A DNA stretch of 42,228 bases from a virus (taxonomy: Duplodnaviria; Caudoviricetes): positions 1 to 42,228 of the IMG/VR virus record IMGVR_UViG_3300048575_000467. One strand, 5' to 3'. The stretch's first letter is position 1, and the number at the start of each line of letters is the position of its first letter. Position numbers and translations under genes: made by a program. Shown one piece after another: positions 33,644 through 42,203 of the stretch. Under the pieces are notes generated by a model. The model was not told where the DNA came from, made no database searches, and saw only the letters and a program-made list of their open reading frames with translations.

Positions 33644-34062
33644 GGCTTCGGCCCCCGGCCCCAATACTCCCGGGCCAAGCCCATGCCCTTCAGGGCCTCG
33701 GCCGCGTCCGTCCCGCCGCACTCCACCCGCGCCAACATCCGGCCGCCGTATTTGTCGCGCTTGACCCCGCGCAGCGCCACGGCCGAGCCGGCCGGGCACA
33801 ACTCGGCCAACACGCCCCGGGCCTCGCGGGCCAGAAACGCCCGGTCAGGGCGCTTGTCCCGGAGCTCGGGAGCGTCGATGCCCAGCAGCCGCACCCCCCA
33901 GACCTGCAACAGCTTCGGACAGCACGGACAATCGAGCTTCAGCCGCAGTGTGTCGCCGTCAATGACCCGCAGCACCACGCCCGTCAGATCCTCGGCCAGG
34001 GCCGCACCGGGCCACAACCAGGCCGCCAGCAGCAGCGGCAGCAGCACACGTGGGCACCTCAT
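33637..34062 (-). CDS. Thermonuclease (SNase) family protein with signal peptide
   Basis: VIDGDT, VRLLGIDAPE, DKYGGRMLA. Confidence 0.9.
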   Translation of the reverse strand: MRCPRVLLPLLLAAWLWPGAALAEDLTGVVLRVIDGDTLRLKLDCPCCPKLLQVWGVRLLGIDAPELRDKRPDRAFLAREARGVLAELCPAGSAVALRGVKRDKYGGRMLARVECGGTDAAEALKGMGLAREYWGRGPKPW

Positions 34063-34292
34063 GCCTCGGCCCTCCCCGTCACCTGGGCGACGATGCCGGC
34101 CAGCCCCGTGTACGCGCTGGGGATGTTGGCAGCGGTGCTAAGCTCGTAGCCCACGACCATGGCCGCGTTGCGCAGTTCGTGCGCGTCCTCTTCGCTGATG
34201 CCGGCGGTAGCAATGGCGTCGGCGATGGTCCCGTCCACGATCAACCGGGCCAAGAAGCCCTTGACGATGCGCTGTGCGTCTTCCCTCTGCAT
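34059..34292 (-). CDS. Hypothetical protein
   Basis: GGAG RBS; operon context. Confidence 0.55.
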   Translation of the reverse strand: MQREDAQRIVKGFLARLIVDGTIADAIATAGISEEDAHELRNAAMVVGYELSTAANIPSAYTGLAGIVAQVTGRAEA

Positions 34293-34315
34293 GGTTTGTC
34301 TCCCTGCGGTTGTGG

Positions 34316-34528
34316 TCATCCGTTATACCCCGTGCGCAACACCCGCACAGCGTAAAGTACATGGCCCGGGCTCTCCTCCACCAGCTTGGCAATGCGCCAG
34401 GTGGGCCGACCGCCCTGCTGCCGCAACGTCTCGCCGGCCAGGGCCAGACGGTCGCGCAACGGCATGCCGGCCGGGAAATCCACGCGCACCAGCTTTACCG
34501 GGGCCTCGGCAAGGGGTGTGTCACTCAT
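34316..34528 (-). CDS. Hypothetical protein
   Basis: ATGA-coupled to the upstream gene. Confidence 0.5.
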   Translation of the reverse strand: MSDTPLAEAPVKLVRVDFPAGMPLRDRLALAGETLRQQGGRPTWRIAKLVEESPGHVLYAVRVLRTGYNG

Positions 34529-35079
34529 CGCGCCCCCCAAAACCGCCACCACGGCCGTGTGCTGCCCTGCCGGGCCGGGAACGGCGAAACGCCTTCGGCC
34601 CCGGCCGCGAAATACATTTCCGGCGGGGCCTCACGCTGGCGGTAGGTATCGGCCGCCGCCTCCAGACCGCGCACGGCCCGGGACAGCAGCGCCGAGATTT
34701 CGGACGGACTGGCCTGCCCCAGGTAGAGCGCCGCGAAATAGGCGTCCGCCGCCGCCCGGGCCTGGGGCAGCACCTCGGCCAGGGCCGCGTCGTCGGGCAA
34801 CGGTGTCCGCTCCACCACCCGCAGCCCCAGGGCCTCGGCCAGGATATGCACCGGCGCGGTCGCTTCGGTCTCGAAGCCGCGCAGGTCTAGTTCCCGACAT
34901 TGCTCCAGGAGCTTTTCCAGCGGGTTTTCCCGCCACTGCCCACAGCGGTTCGGATCGGCCGTCCAGCGGTAGACTTCTCGTTCGGACTTGCGCCAGTGCA
35001 TGACCATCCAGCTCACGCCCAAGCGCTTCTTGGCCATACAAAAGCATTGGCGCGTGTCCAAGGTCGTTCGTGCTTTCAT
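34525..35079 (-). CDS. CII-like regulatory protein
   Basis: Directly after cro; VYRW.ADP......NPL motif; helical C-terminal part. Confidence 0.55.
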   Translation of the reverse strand: MKARTTLDTRQCFCMAKKRLGVSWMVMHWRKSEREVYRWTADPNRCGQWRENPLEKLLEQCRELDLRGFETEATAPVHILAEALGLRVVERTPLPDDAALAEVLPQARAAADAYFAALYLGQASPSEISALLSRAVRGLEAAADTYRQREAPPEMYFAAGAEGVSPFPARQGSTRPWWRFWGAR

Positions 35080-35089
35080 TTCGACCTCG

Positions 35090-35332
35090 CTACCCGGCCG
35101 CGACGTCGGGTATGGTTTCAGAAGGAATATCCCAGGTCGCGCCGGAAGGGCGACGGTCGCCGTAGAGGAAGGGCAGGAGCTTTTGCACGTTGTCGCTGTG
35201 CAGCCCCTTGCGAGTCCCTTTTAGCAGCCGAGTGATACAGACTGCCGGAATTCCAGCCTCTTTAGCCAGCCGAGAAGCCGGCCAACCCGATACTTGCAGC
35301 AGTTCCCGGATATCGTCGCGTAGGTTGCTCAT
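35090..35332 (-). CDS. cro: Cro-like HTH repressor
   Basis: SRLAKEAGIPAVCITRLLKG HTH; divergent from cI. Confidence 0.8.
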   Translation of the reverse strand: MSNLRDDIRELLQVSGWPASRLAKEAGIPAVCITRLLKGTRKGLHSDNVQKLLPFLYGDRRPSGATWDIPSETIPDVAAG

Positions 35333-35339
35333 GGGCAAT

Positions 35340-35389
35340 AAAATGCCAAACGGAATTTATTGAGTCAACAAGAAAATACCGAAAGGAAT
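35340..35389. promoter_or_regulatory. OR-like operators and PR-like promoter
   Basis: atgccaaacggaat (35343-35356) and ataccgaaaggaat (35376-35389); minus-strand TTGACT-N17-CATTTT (35368-35340). Confidence 0.7.
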
Positions 35390-35425
35390 TTGCACGTGGA
35401 CATGAATTCCAGCATAGGCTTAGGC

Positions 35426-36178
35426 ATGGGATTCTTTGAAGATACCATTGAAGGGCTCAAAAAAGCCTGCAAGGACCAGTTCGGGAACGCGGCCCGGCTG
35501 GCGGAAAAGCTCGACATCCCGGCGACCCGCTTAACACGCTGGTTTGCCGGCGAAAGGACGCCACGCCTGGACGTGCTTGGCCCGGTGCTTGACGCCGTGG
35601 GCGCGAAGATCGTCTTCCCTTCTGGCGGAATCCTGGACACCAAGGACAGCACCCGGCCGGTGCAATTCGTGGAAGCCGCCTTGCTGCTCAACGGCCGCCA
35701 CAGCCACCTTCCCCAGCCCACCCCGGACAAATATCGGGCCATTCCCGTGGTTTCCGGCGAAGTCGCGGCCGGCGAAGGCTTGCTCCCCGAGGATGGCATT
35801 GACTCCTGGATGATCCTGTCCACTGTTGAACCGGCCGTGCGCCGAAGCTCCAACCTCCTGGCCGTGCGCGTCGGCCGCCGGCAACGCTCAATGCTGCCGC
35901 TGATCCACCCTGGGGCCACCGTGCTGGTAGACTGCGACGACCGCCAGCCGACCGGCGAAAGCTCCATTTATCTGGTCCGCGACCCCCACGACGGCCGGGC
36001 GCTCAAAAAAGTGATGGTGTTCACGCGACACGGCGAAGAGTTCGTAACGTTCTACAGCCTCAATGCGGAGGAATTCCCGCCGTTCACCTACAGCGTGGAA
36101 AAGGACTTCGACGGTAATTTACGACATGCCATAGTAGGGAAAGTGGTTTGGTTGTGGCAGGACTTAACGGGGGTGTAA
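35426..36178 (+). CDS. cI: CI-like repressor (HTH + S24 peptidase); start may be 35402
   Basis: RLAEKLDIPATRLTRWFAGERTP HTH; VAAG cleavage site, SM.P serine, LKKV lysine. Confidence 0.9.
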   Translation: MGFFEDTIEGLKKACKDQFGNAARLAEKLDIPATRLTRWFAGERTPRLDVLGPVLDAVGAKIVFPSGGILDTKDSTRPVQFVEAALLLNGRHSHLPQPTPDKYRAIPVVSGEVAAGEGLLPEDGIDSWMILSTVEPAVRRSSNLLAVRVGRRQRSMLPLIHPGATVLVDCDDRQPTGESSIYLVRDPHDGRALKKVMVFTRHGEEFVTFYSLNAEEFPPFTYSVEKDFDGNLRHAIVGKVVWLWQDLTGV

Positions 36179-36179
36179 T

Positions 36180-36986
36180 GTGAAATTAAATTTTTTGATA
36201 ACAAAAAAGCAAAAAATTGTTTCTTGTATATTTGCTTCTATTCTGTCTGCCGTAGTACTTTTGGAATTTTTAAACATCGCTCACTCGTACAGCAGCAAAG
36301 AGAATACCATTCAGTTGCTAACAATAACTCTTCAATTAATTATTCCATTTATAATTTTCTATTCAATATCAAGCCGCTCATACAGAAAAAACATAGCTTA
36401 CGCGTTTGCAATTTTAGCAATAGCCCCTGTTCTGATTATGTTTTCGATTGGAAGCAAGCAACATATTTCAAACGTACTTGGTGTTTTTTTGATATTTGCA
36501 AACATTGCAATTCCTTGCGGCGTATTATTCTTTGCGTTCAAGAACGATAACGAATCTGATTTGTTTGACGTTTCAAAGTTTTTATTTTTATATGCTACAC
36601 ACAGCAGGAACCCACGTATGGACGTTCAAAAAATTAAAAATGGAATTCATCCTGAAAAAACGGAAGGATACGTTTACGGGTTTTTAGACGGATTATTAGT
36701 TTCTAATTACCGGCAATGTCTAGAAAAAACATGGGCTGGATCAGAAGAATTTATTGAATGCTTATATAAAGACTTTGACTATTTGTACAAAATGCATCCA
36801 AGCGAGTTGTCCAAAAGGCTCATTAAGTTGTGCTCTGAAGAAAGAAACGAATGCATTGATTCATCCACGTTGACACTTGTAGCCGCATTGTCCAATGGAA
36901 ACGAGATATTAGAATTTGTGCTGCTGGAACCAATAAGAAAAGCCATGAAGTTTAGTGCAGATTCAGATTCTTCTTCTGACTCCTAG
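36180..36986 (+). CDS. AT-rich multi-TM protein co-transcribed with cI (moron)
   Basis: About four N-terminal TM segments and a soluble C-terminal domain; strongly AT-rich; starts 2 nt after the cI stop. Confidence 0.7.
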   Translation: MKLNFLITKKQKIVSCIFASILSAVVLLEFLNIAHSYSSKENTIQLLTITLQLIIPFIIFYSISSRSYRKNIAYAFAILAIAPVLIMFSIGSKQHISNVLGVFLIFANIAIPCGVLFFAFKNDNESDLFDVSKFLFLYATHSRNPRMDVQKIKNGIHPEKTEGYVYGFLDGLLVSNYRQCLEKTWAGSEEFIECLYKDFDYLYKMHPSELSKRLIKLCSEERNECIDSSTLTLVAALSNGNEILEFVLLEPIRKAMKFSADSDSSSDS

Positions 36987-37074
36987 CTGAAATTTTCCTT
37001 TTTTTCTTCAATTTTCCCGAAGACACCCCCGTCACCCTTCTTTTACGCCTCGGCGGTTTTTTTTGCCCTCAAAG

Positions 37075-37124
37075 ATTCCATTCGGAATTTTTGCTTGACT
37101 TGCGAAGATTCCATTTGGCATTAT
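37075..37124 (+). promoter_or_regulatory. OL-like operators and PL-like promoter
   Basis: attccattcggaat (37075-37088) and attccatttggcat (37108-37121); TTGACT-N18-CATTAT. Confidence 0.7.
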
Positions 37125-37191
37125 CGGCCCAACGAAGCGGGAGGTGGCCCGGCCCGGAGCAGGCCACCCCTTCCCCACCAGGAGGCAACCA

Positions 37192-37347
37192 ATGTCCAGG
37201 CGCACACAAAATTTTCTGGACCTCGGCAAGGAATGGGCTTTCCGCCGGCAGGCGGAAGCGCATCACACCAATTTCGCAGCGCGGCAGCGGGAAGGCATTT
37301 TCGGTGTCGGCTTCGTCTACCAAGCGGGCGAAACACAACGCGGCTAA
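37192..37347 (+). CDS. Small hypothetical protein (51 aa), first gene after PL
   Basis: AGGAGG RBS before the ATG. Confidence 0.5.
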   Translation: MSRRTQNFLDLGKEWAFRRQAEAHHTNFAARQREGIFGVGFVYQAGETQRG

Positions 37348-37444
37348 GGCGGGCAACCTCCACACGGCATAACCCCCAAACCCAAACCGGGCCGCCGTCG
37401 CCCCTCCCCAGGACATCGGCGGCGGCTCACAGGGAGCGGCGACC

Positions 37445-37522
37445 ATGAGCAGCATCATGCGCAAACGCGCCCGGCGGCGCGCCAACAAGCAGCGGCGACG
37501 CCGGGCCAAGCGGCGGGATTGA
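37445..37522 (+). CDS. 25-aa arginine-rich peptide
   Basis: GGGAG RBS; MSSIMRKRARRRANKQRRRRAKRRD. Confidence 0.4.
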   Translation: MSSIMRKRARRRANKQRRRRAKRRD

Positions 37523-37524
37523 CC

Positions 37525-37755
37525 ATGTGTTGTTTCCTGCCACCCGATGACCAAACCCAGGGCCAGGACCGCGACCACGGCCTGAACACCTGGGGCACCC
37601 TGGGCGTCATCATCGTGTTTGTGGCCGCCGTCATCGCCTGGCGCGCCTGGAATAACCCCAGCCTGGAAGCCATGCGGATTCGCGGTTTCGCGGAAAGCCA
37701 TATGGCCGCCATGGCCGGACACTCGGAGCCCGCAAAGGAGGGCCAACGGCAATGA
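37525..37755 (+). CDS. Small single-TM protein
   Basis: WGTLGVIIVFVAAVIAW; overlaps the next start. Confidence 0.5.
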   Translation: MCCFLPPDDQTQGQDRDHGLNTWGTLGVIIVFVAAVIAWRAWNNPSLEAMRIRGFAESHMAAMAGHSEPAKEGQRQ

Positions 37756-38117
37756 GCAAACAAGTTTCTCTCGACAGCTTGGACAACGGCGGCGTCACCG
37801 AACTCTTCGCCACCTACTTGGAAGCGGTGGCGGCCAACATCCAAGACCCCAACACCAAAGCCGAAGGGGTCCGGGAAATAACCCTGGTGTTCAAGTTCAA
37901 GCCGAACAAAGACCGCAATTACACGCCCATGACCTACTCGGGCAAAACCAAGCTTTTGCCGGCGCAAGCGGTCGAAATCCCCCTCTTCGTGGACAAAGAC
38001 AGCACCACGAAAAAAGCCCGCGTCGTCGAACTCAACGCCCCGGACGAGAACCCCGGCCAGCATCGCCTGCCCGCCGTGGACAAGGTGTCCGACATCCAGA
38101 CCGCCCGCCAGGGCTAA
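37752..38117 (+). CDS. Conserved phage hypothetical protein
   Basis: L.....G...E.F...L..V..NI.DPNT.A...R.ITL...FKP. Confidence 0.75.
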   Translation: MSKQVSLDSLDNGGVTELFATYLEAVAANIQDPNTKAEGVREITLVFKFKPNKDRNYTPMTYSGKTKLLPAQAVEIPLFVDKDSTTKKARVVELNAPDENPGQHRLPAVDKVSDIQTARQG

Positions 38118-38144
38118 CCCCCAACCATCCCCGGAGAGAGAGCC

Positions 38145-38984
38145 ATGCTTGAGAACACCGACGTGAACGAAGTGCTTGATAACCTCGTGGGCCTCGGCGG
38201 AAAGATCAAACAGCTTGAGCACGACAAGGAAATCCCCCAGGTCTTCCACCTCGAAGGCGTCCCCTACGTCACCGCCAATATGAAGCCCTTGCTTACGCCT
38301 TTGGCCGATCCCGTCACGGTCGCCACCTTGACCGGCCTTGTCGGCTTCCTGGTCGCCAACGTGGACGATCTGATCCGCCGCGACCTCATTTGCCACGTGG
38401 TCAACCCCACCACCGTCGAGGTCTATTCCAAGATCACCGGCGCGCACAAACAGCGCGAAACCTACGTCCGGGCCACGGCCGACTTCGTGCCCACCATCAC
38501 CCTGGACCGGTTCATGCCCACCGAGGATTTCAACCTCATGCTCCAGTCGTGTTTCGTGGACGACGAAGAGCGCGCCAAGGTGCTCAAGGTCACGTCCAAC
38601 ACCGTGGCCAGCAGCGAGGTTGCCAACGCCGACAACGGCGTCAGCCAGGAAGTCAGCATCAAGGCCGGTGTCCGGAAGCTGGAAAATGCCGACGTACCCA
38701 ACCCGGTCATTCTCAAGCCGTACCGCACGTTCACCGACGTGGACCAGCCGTCAGGCAAGTTCGTGCTGCGCATGAAGCACGACGAACAGCGCGGCATCAT
38801 GGTCGGTCTGTGGGACGCCACCGGCGGGGCCTGGAAGGGCGAGGCCATGGATTCCATCCGGCACTACATCCAGCAGGAATTGGCCGCCTACGCCGCCGAC
38901 GAAAGCCACCCCGACGTGGCCGAATCTCCCGCCAATGATCCCGCCGCCTCCAACTCGCTCTTGGACATCAGCATCATCGCCTGA
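38145..38984 (+). CDS. Conserved phage protein (DUF2303-like)
   Basis: TLTGLV.F, DNGVSQ.V.IK.G, VPNPV.LKPYRTF..V.QP...FV.R, A.GGAWK. Confidence 0.75.
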   Translation: MLENTDVNEVLDNLVGLGGKIKQLEHDKEIPQVFHLEGVPYVTANMKPLLTPLADPVTVATLTGLVGFLVANVDDLIRRDLICHVVNPTTVEVYSKITGAHKQRETYVRATADFVPTITLDRFMPTEDFNLMLQSCFVDDEERAKVLKVTSNTVASSEVANADNGVSQEVSIKAGVRKLENADVPNPVILKPYRTFTDVDQPSGKFVLRMKHDEQRGIMVGLWDATGGAWKGEAMDSIRHYIQQELAAYAADESHPDVAESPANDPAASNSLLDISIIA

Positions 38985-39063
38985 TCGTCCCCGTCTCTCC
39001 CCGGGCGCGGCTCCATGGGCCGCGCCCGCGAATGAGCCGGCAACCCAACGAGGAGGAAGCGAC

Positions 39064-39282
39064 ATGGTGACCACCTTTGCCCCTGGCCATCCGGCCGTAG
39101 CAGCGCTGCGCTGCCCGCGCTGTTCCGGGATGCTCGAAAAGGCCCAGTCTTTCAACGGCCGCATCTGCATGCGCTGCGGCCGCGTGGCCATGGATCCCGA
39201 CGCCGCCCGCATCATCGAACAAACCGCCCGGGCCTCGGCCAGGGCCATGAAAACCCAAGCGGCTCCCGCTACCAGTGCTTAA
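39064..39282 (+). CDS. Small zinc-ribbon protein
   Basis: GGAGG RBS; CPRC...CMRCG. Confidence 0.55.
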   Translation: MVTTFAPGHPAVAALRCPRCSGMLEKAQSFNGRICMRCGRVAMDPDAARIIEQTARASARAMKTQAAPATSA

Positions 39283-39293
39283 GGAATCCTTAA

Positions 39294-39671
39294 ATGCTCC
39301 ACTTCATCCAATCCATACGCCGCCCCGGCCCGGTTGAGGTGCTGCCGCCGGGATGGGCCGAGCGCCCCGGCCATGGTCCCGTCGCCCGCGAATCCAAGAC
39401 CTACGTGTCTGCCGGCGGCCTGCGCGTCATCCATTCCCTGGACACGCTGGCGGACGGCTCCACCTGGGACCACTTGTCCGTTTCCCGCATCGGCCTGCTG
39501 CCGTCCTGGGATGACCTGGTCATGGTCAAGGAAGTGTTCATCGGCTGCGAACGCGAAGCCTTGCAGTTGTTCCCCAAGCGCTCCGAGTACATCAACGTCT
39601 GTGAATTCTGTCTCCACATCTGGGCCAGGGTCAACCAGTCCCGGGTGGTGCTGAAGGAAGGCGCGGCATGA
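39294..39671 (+). CDS. Conserved phage hypothetical protein
   Basis: W.HLSVS....LPSWD.L..VK..F, P..SEYIN....CLHIW. Confidence 0.75.
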   Translation: MLHFIQSIRRPGPVEVLPPGWAERPGHGPVARESKTYVSAGGLRVIHSLDTLADGSTWDHLSVSRIGLLPSWDDLVMVKEVFIGCEREALQLFPKRSEYINVCEFCLHIWARVNQSRVVLKEGAA

Positions 39672-40309
39672 AGGAACGCCCCATCCTCTTTTCCGATGGC
39701 ATGGTCCGCTCCATCCTGGCTGGCGTGAAGCGGCAGACGCGGCGGCCGGTGAAACCGAGCGTCCAAGGCTGCACGGTCGGAGCTTACACCTCTGCGTCCA
39801 CGGCAATAGTGGTGCCCGTAAACGTCCAGGAAGACGGCGACCCTTGGGACGACATCCCATGCCCCTACGGCGAAAAAGGGGATCGATTGTGGGTCCGGGA
39901 GGCCTTTGCGAATCTTCGTGTAGACGGGCTTGTTTACCGGGCGACATACGCCAATCAGTACCACCCAACGGTCCCCAAGTGGCGTCCGTCCATCCACATG
40001 CCCCGGTTGGCCTGCCGCCTCTTCCTCGAAATCACCCAGATCCGTGCGCAGCGCGTCCAGGACATCACCGAAGCCGACGCCCAGGCCGAAGGGGCCGTGG
40101 AATGGTTTTGGGGCCTGCCCGACGAACAGCAACGCGACGTCTTTTGCAATGCGTCCGTCCCGCTTGATGCGGAACGGGAACTTCCCTCGCCGCGTGATTG
40201 CTTCATCATGCTGTGGGATTCGATCAACAAGGCCCGCTATCCCTGGGCCTCGAACCCCTATGTGTGGGTGATCGAGTTTACGCCACTCGGCGTGGGAAAT
40301 GCCGCATGA
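39668..40309 (+). CDS. ASCH/PUA-like phage protein
   Basis: MKERPILF...MVR.IL.G.K.QTRR, GDRLWVRE, WRPSIHMPR, NP.VWVIEF. Confidence 0.85.
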   Translation: MKERPILFSDGMVRSILAGVKRQTRRPVKPSVQGCTVGAYTSASTAIVVPVNVQEDGDPWDDIPCPYGEKGDRLWVREAFANLRVDGLVYRATYANQYHPTVPKWRPSIHMPRLACRLFLEITQIRAQRVQDITEADAQAEGAVEWFWGLPDEQQRDVFCNASVPLDAERELPSPRDCFIMLWDSINKARYPWASNPYVWVIEFTPLGVGNAA

Positions 40310-40446
40310 AATCCCCTCTCGCCCTGGCCCTCTCCATCGTCTGCGTGATCCTCGTCTATGCGTGGTGTTTCGGCCTGATCGGCGGACGCTTCTGGGGCCT
40401 GGTCATGTTCTGGGCCGGCATCGTGCTGAAAATCTGCAACAGGTAG
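40306..40446 (+). CDS. Small hydrophobic protein (46 aa)
   Basis: ATGA-coupled; two hydrophobic segments. Confidence 0.4.
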   Translation: MKSPLALALSIVCVILVYAWCFGLIGGRFWGLVMFWAGIVLKICNR

Positions 40447-40460
40447 AAGGAGGCCTAGCC

Positions 40461-40727
40461 ATGGGCTGGGGAAGCGGAGCACACGACGGCGACGGCCGCC
40501 CTATCGGCTACAACATCCAGGCCCGGTGCGATCACCCGGGCTGCAACACCAGGATTCACCGGGGCCTGTCCCACGTCTGCGGCATCATGCACGGCGGCGG
40601 CGACCACGGATGCGGCCGCTATTTTTGCACCGACCATTTATTGATTGGCAATCCCTCCGGCGAACAGCTGTGTGATGAGTGCTTTGAGCGCTGGCAGCAG
40701 GAACACGGGAACGCCGAGGAAATCTAG
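40461..40727 (+). CDS. Cys/His-rich zinc-binding phage protein
   Basis: AGGAGG RBS; MGW..G....GRPIGY...A.CDHPGC...I.RGL...CG, GCGRYFC..H, LC..C. Confidence 0.75.
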   Translation: MGWGSGAHDGDGRPIGYNIQARCDHPGCNTRIHRGLSHVCGIMHGGGDHGCGRYFCTDHLLIGNPSGEQLCDECFERWQQEHGNAEEI

Positions 40728-40731
40728 CCCC

Positions 40732-40974
40732 ATGCCCCGCCCCCTCAACCCCCAGGAAATTGCCGCCAAGCGCTGGCTATCCATGCAGGAAGCCATGTTC
40801 TGGGCCGGCATCCGCAGCCGCCTGACCATGCGCCGCCGGCTCATGGAGGGGGTTTACGCTGGGGAACCGGTCAACACCCGGGGGGACTGGCGCATTGACC
40901 GCGAATCCATCGACGCGGCCCACAGCCGCACCGCCGACGAAGCCCTTGCCATGCTGCGGGAGATTCGGGCATGA
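40732..40974 (+). CDS. xis: Excisionase-like HTH protein
   Basis: RWLSMQEA, G.WRIDRESID; overlaps the int start. Confidence 0.75.
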   Translation: MPRPLNPQEIAAKRWLSMQEAMFWAGIRSRLTMRRRLMEGVYAGEPVNTRGDWRIDRESIDAAHSRTADEALAMLREIRA

Positions 40975-42017
40975 AACTGACCATGCGCCTCTATCAACGC
41001 CAAAACGGCATCTGGTATGTCGAAGTGGTTCGGAACCGTCCGAAATCGCTCAAGACCAAGAACGAGCGGACGGCGCGCAAGAAATTCAACGCCATGATAG
41101 AGGCGGCGGCCAAAGGCAAAATTCTAGAAATTCGCGGCGAATCCTCGAAAACCCTGGGCGATTTCGAGGATGAATATACGAAATGGGCCGAAGGCGGCGG
41201 CGTGGACAACCCCAACACCCTTCGCGCCAATCTTCTCGGGCTGGCCAAGCTCGTCGAACACGCAGGGCGAACGTGCCGCCTCGACCGCATCACCCTCAAA
41301 CACGTGGACGCCCTGAAGGCCGCCTGCCGCCGGGAAAAGCTCTCGGCCAGCACCATCAACAATTACGTGCGCCATGCCCGGGCCGTGCTGGCCAAGGCCG
41401 TGGAGTGGGGCGACATCCCGCTAAACCCCCTGCGTCAGGTCAAAGCCGAGCGCACGGAAACGAAGCCGCCCAAGGCCCTCGACGCCAAGGACATCCAAAA
41501 GCTTTTCCTGAATCTCCCAGATCCGGACTTGCGGTCCCTGGCCGCCGCCTATCTGGCCACCGGCCGCCGCCGCGAGGAACTTTTGCGCCTCACCTGGGAC
41601 AACGTGGACATGGAGGCCGGCCGCTACTACGTGTCCCGGACCAAAACCCACCTGTCCGCCTGGTATCCGATCAACGCCACCTTTCGGGCCGTCCTGGACG
41701 GCATCCCGGGCCAACGCCGTGGCCGCATCTGGAAACGCTGGGAGCACCCGGACACGGTGTCCCATCTGGTCAAGGACGCCCTGGTCGCGGCGGGCCTCGG
41801 CCAGCATCGGTTGCACGATTTCCGCCACACCTTCGCCCGTCTCTTCCTGGAAGCCGGCGGCGCGCTGCGCACCCTGCAAGACCTGCTGGGCCACAGCGAA
41901 TACCGCACCACGGAAATTTACGCCTCTTTGTCCCCCGACCACCTGGCTACCGAGATCGAGCGCGTCAAGCTCGGCCCCCTGGACCTGCTGACCAAAAACA
42001 AAAAGGCCTCCGGATAG
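40971..42017 (+). CDS. int: Tyrosine recombinase (integrase)
   Basis: TG.R..ELL.L.W, TK, HDFRHTFA, LLGH....TT..Y. Confidence 0.97.
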   Translation: MKLTMRLYQRQNGIWYVEVVRNRPKSLKTKNERTARKKFNAMIEAAAKGKILEIRGESSKTLGDFEDEYTKWAEGGGVDNPNTLRANLLGLAKLVEHAGRTCRLDRITLKHVDALKAACRREKLSASTINNYVRHARAVLAKAVEWGDIPLNPLRQVKAERTETKPPKALDAKDIQKLFLNLPDPDLRSLAAAYLATGRRREELLRLTWDNVDMEAGRYYVSRTKTHLSAWYPINATFRAVLDGIPGQRRGRIWKRWEHPDTVSHLVKDALVAAGLGQHRLHDFRHTFARLFLEAGGALRTLQDLLGHSEYRTTEIYASLSPDHLATEIERVKLGPLDLLTKNKKASG

Positions 42018-42041
42018 TCTCCGAAGGCCTTGGCGATGACA

Positions 42042-42105
42042 TTGACCGCAAATTGACCGCAAAGCGCGGTCAAAAGTAACCAGTGATGACCAGTTTTGAC
42101 CAGTC
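42042..42105. promoter_or_regulatory. Integrase arm-type sites, right arm
   Basis: ttgaccgcaaa twice, inverted gcggtcaa, tgaccagt twice. Confidence 0.7.
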
Positions 42106-42117
42106 AGAGAAACCCCC

Positions 42118-42146
42118 TTGACGCCCCGGGAAGCCGCGTGTATCAA
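42118..42146 (+). promoter_or_regulatory. Phage-supplied replacement promoter for tRNA-Thr
   Basis: TTGACG(42118-42123)-N17-TATCAA(42141-42146), 16 nt upstream of the tRNA. Confidence 0.6.
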
Positions 42147-42162
42147 GCGTTTCCACGCAAAT

Positions 42163-42203
42163 GCCAGCATAGCTCAGTTGGTAGAGCAGCTGATTCGTAA
42201 TCA
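42163..42203 (+). repeat. attR 41-bp direct repeat
   Basis: Identical to 699-739. Confidence 0.95.

Larger units (their letters stand above)
699..42203. mobile_element. Complete temperate prophage (BPP-1-like podovirus structural genes, lambdoid control region)
   Basis: Bounded by a 41-bp direct repeat in tRNA-Thr; contains integrase, repressor, replication, lysis, packaging, head and tail genes. Confidence 0.95.
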
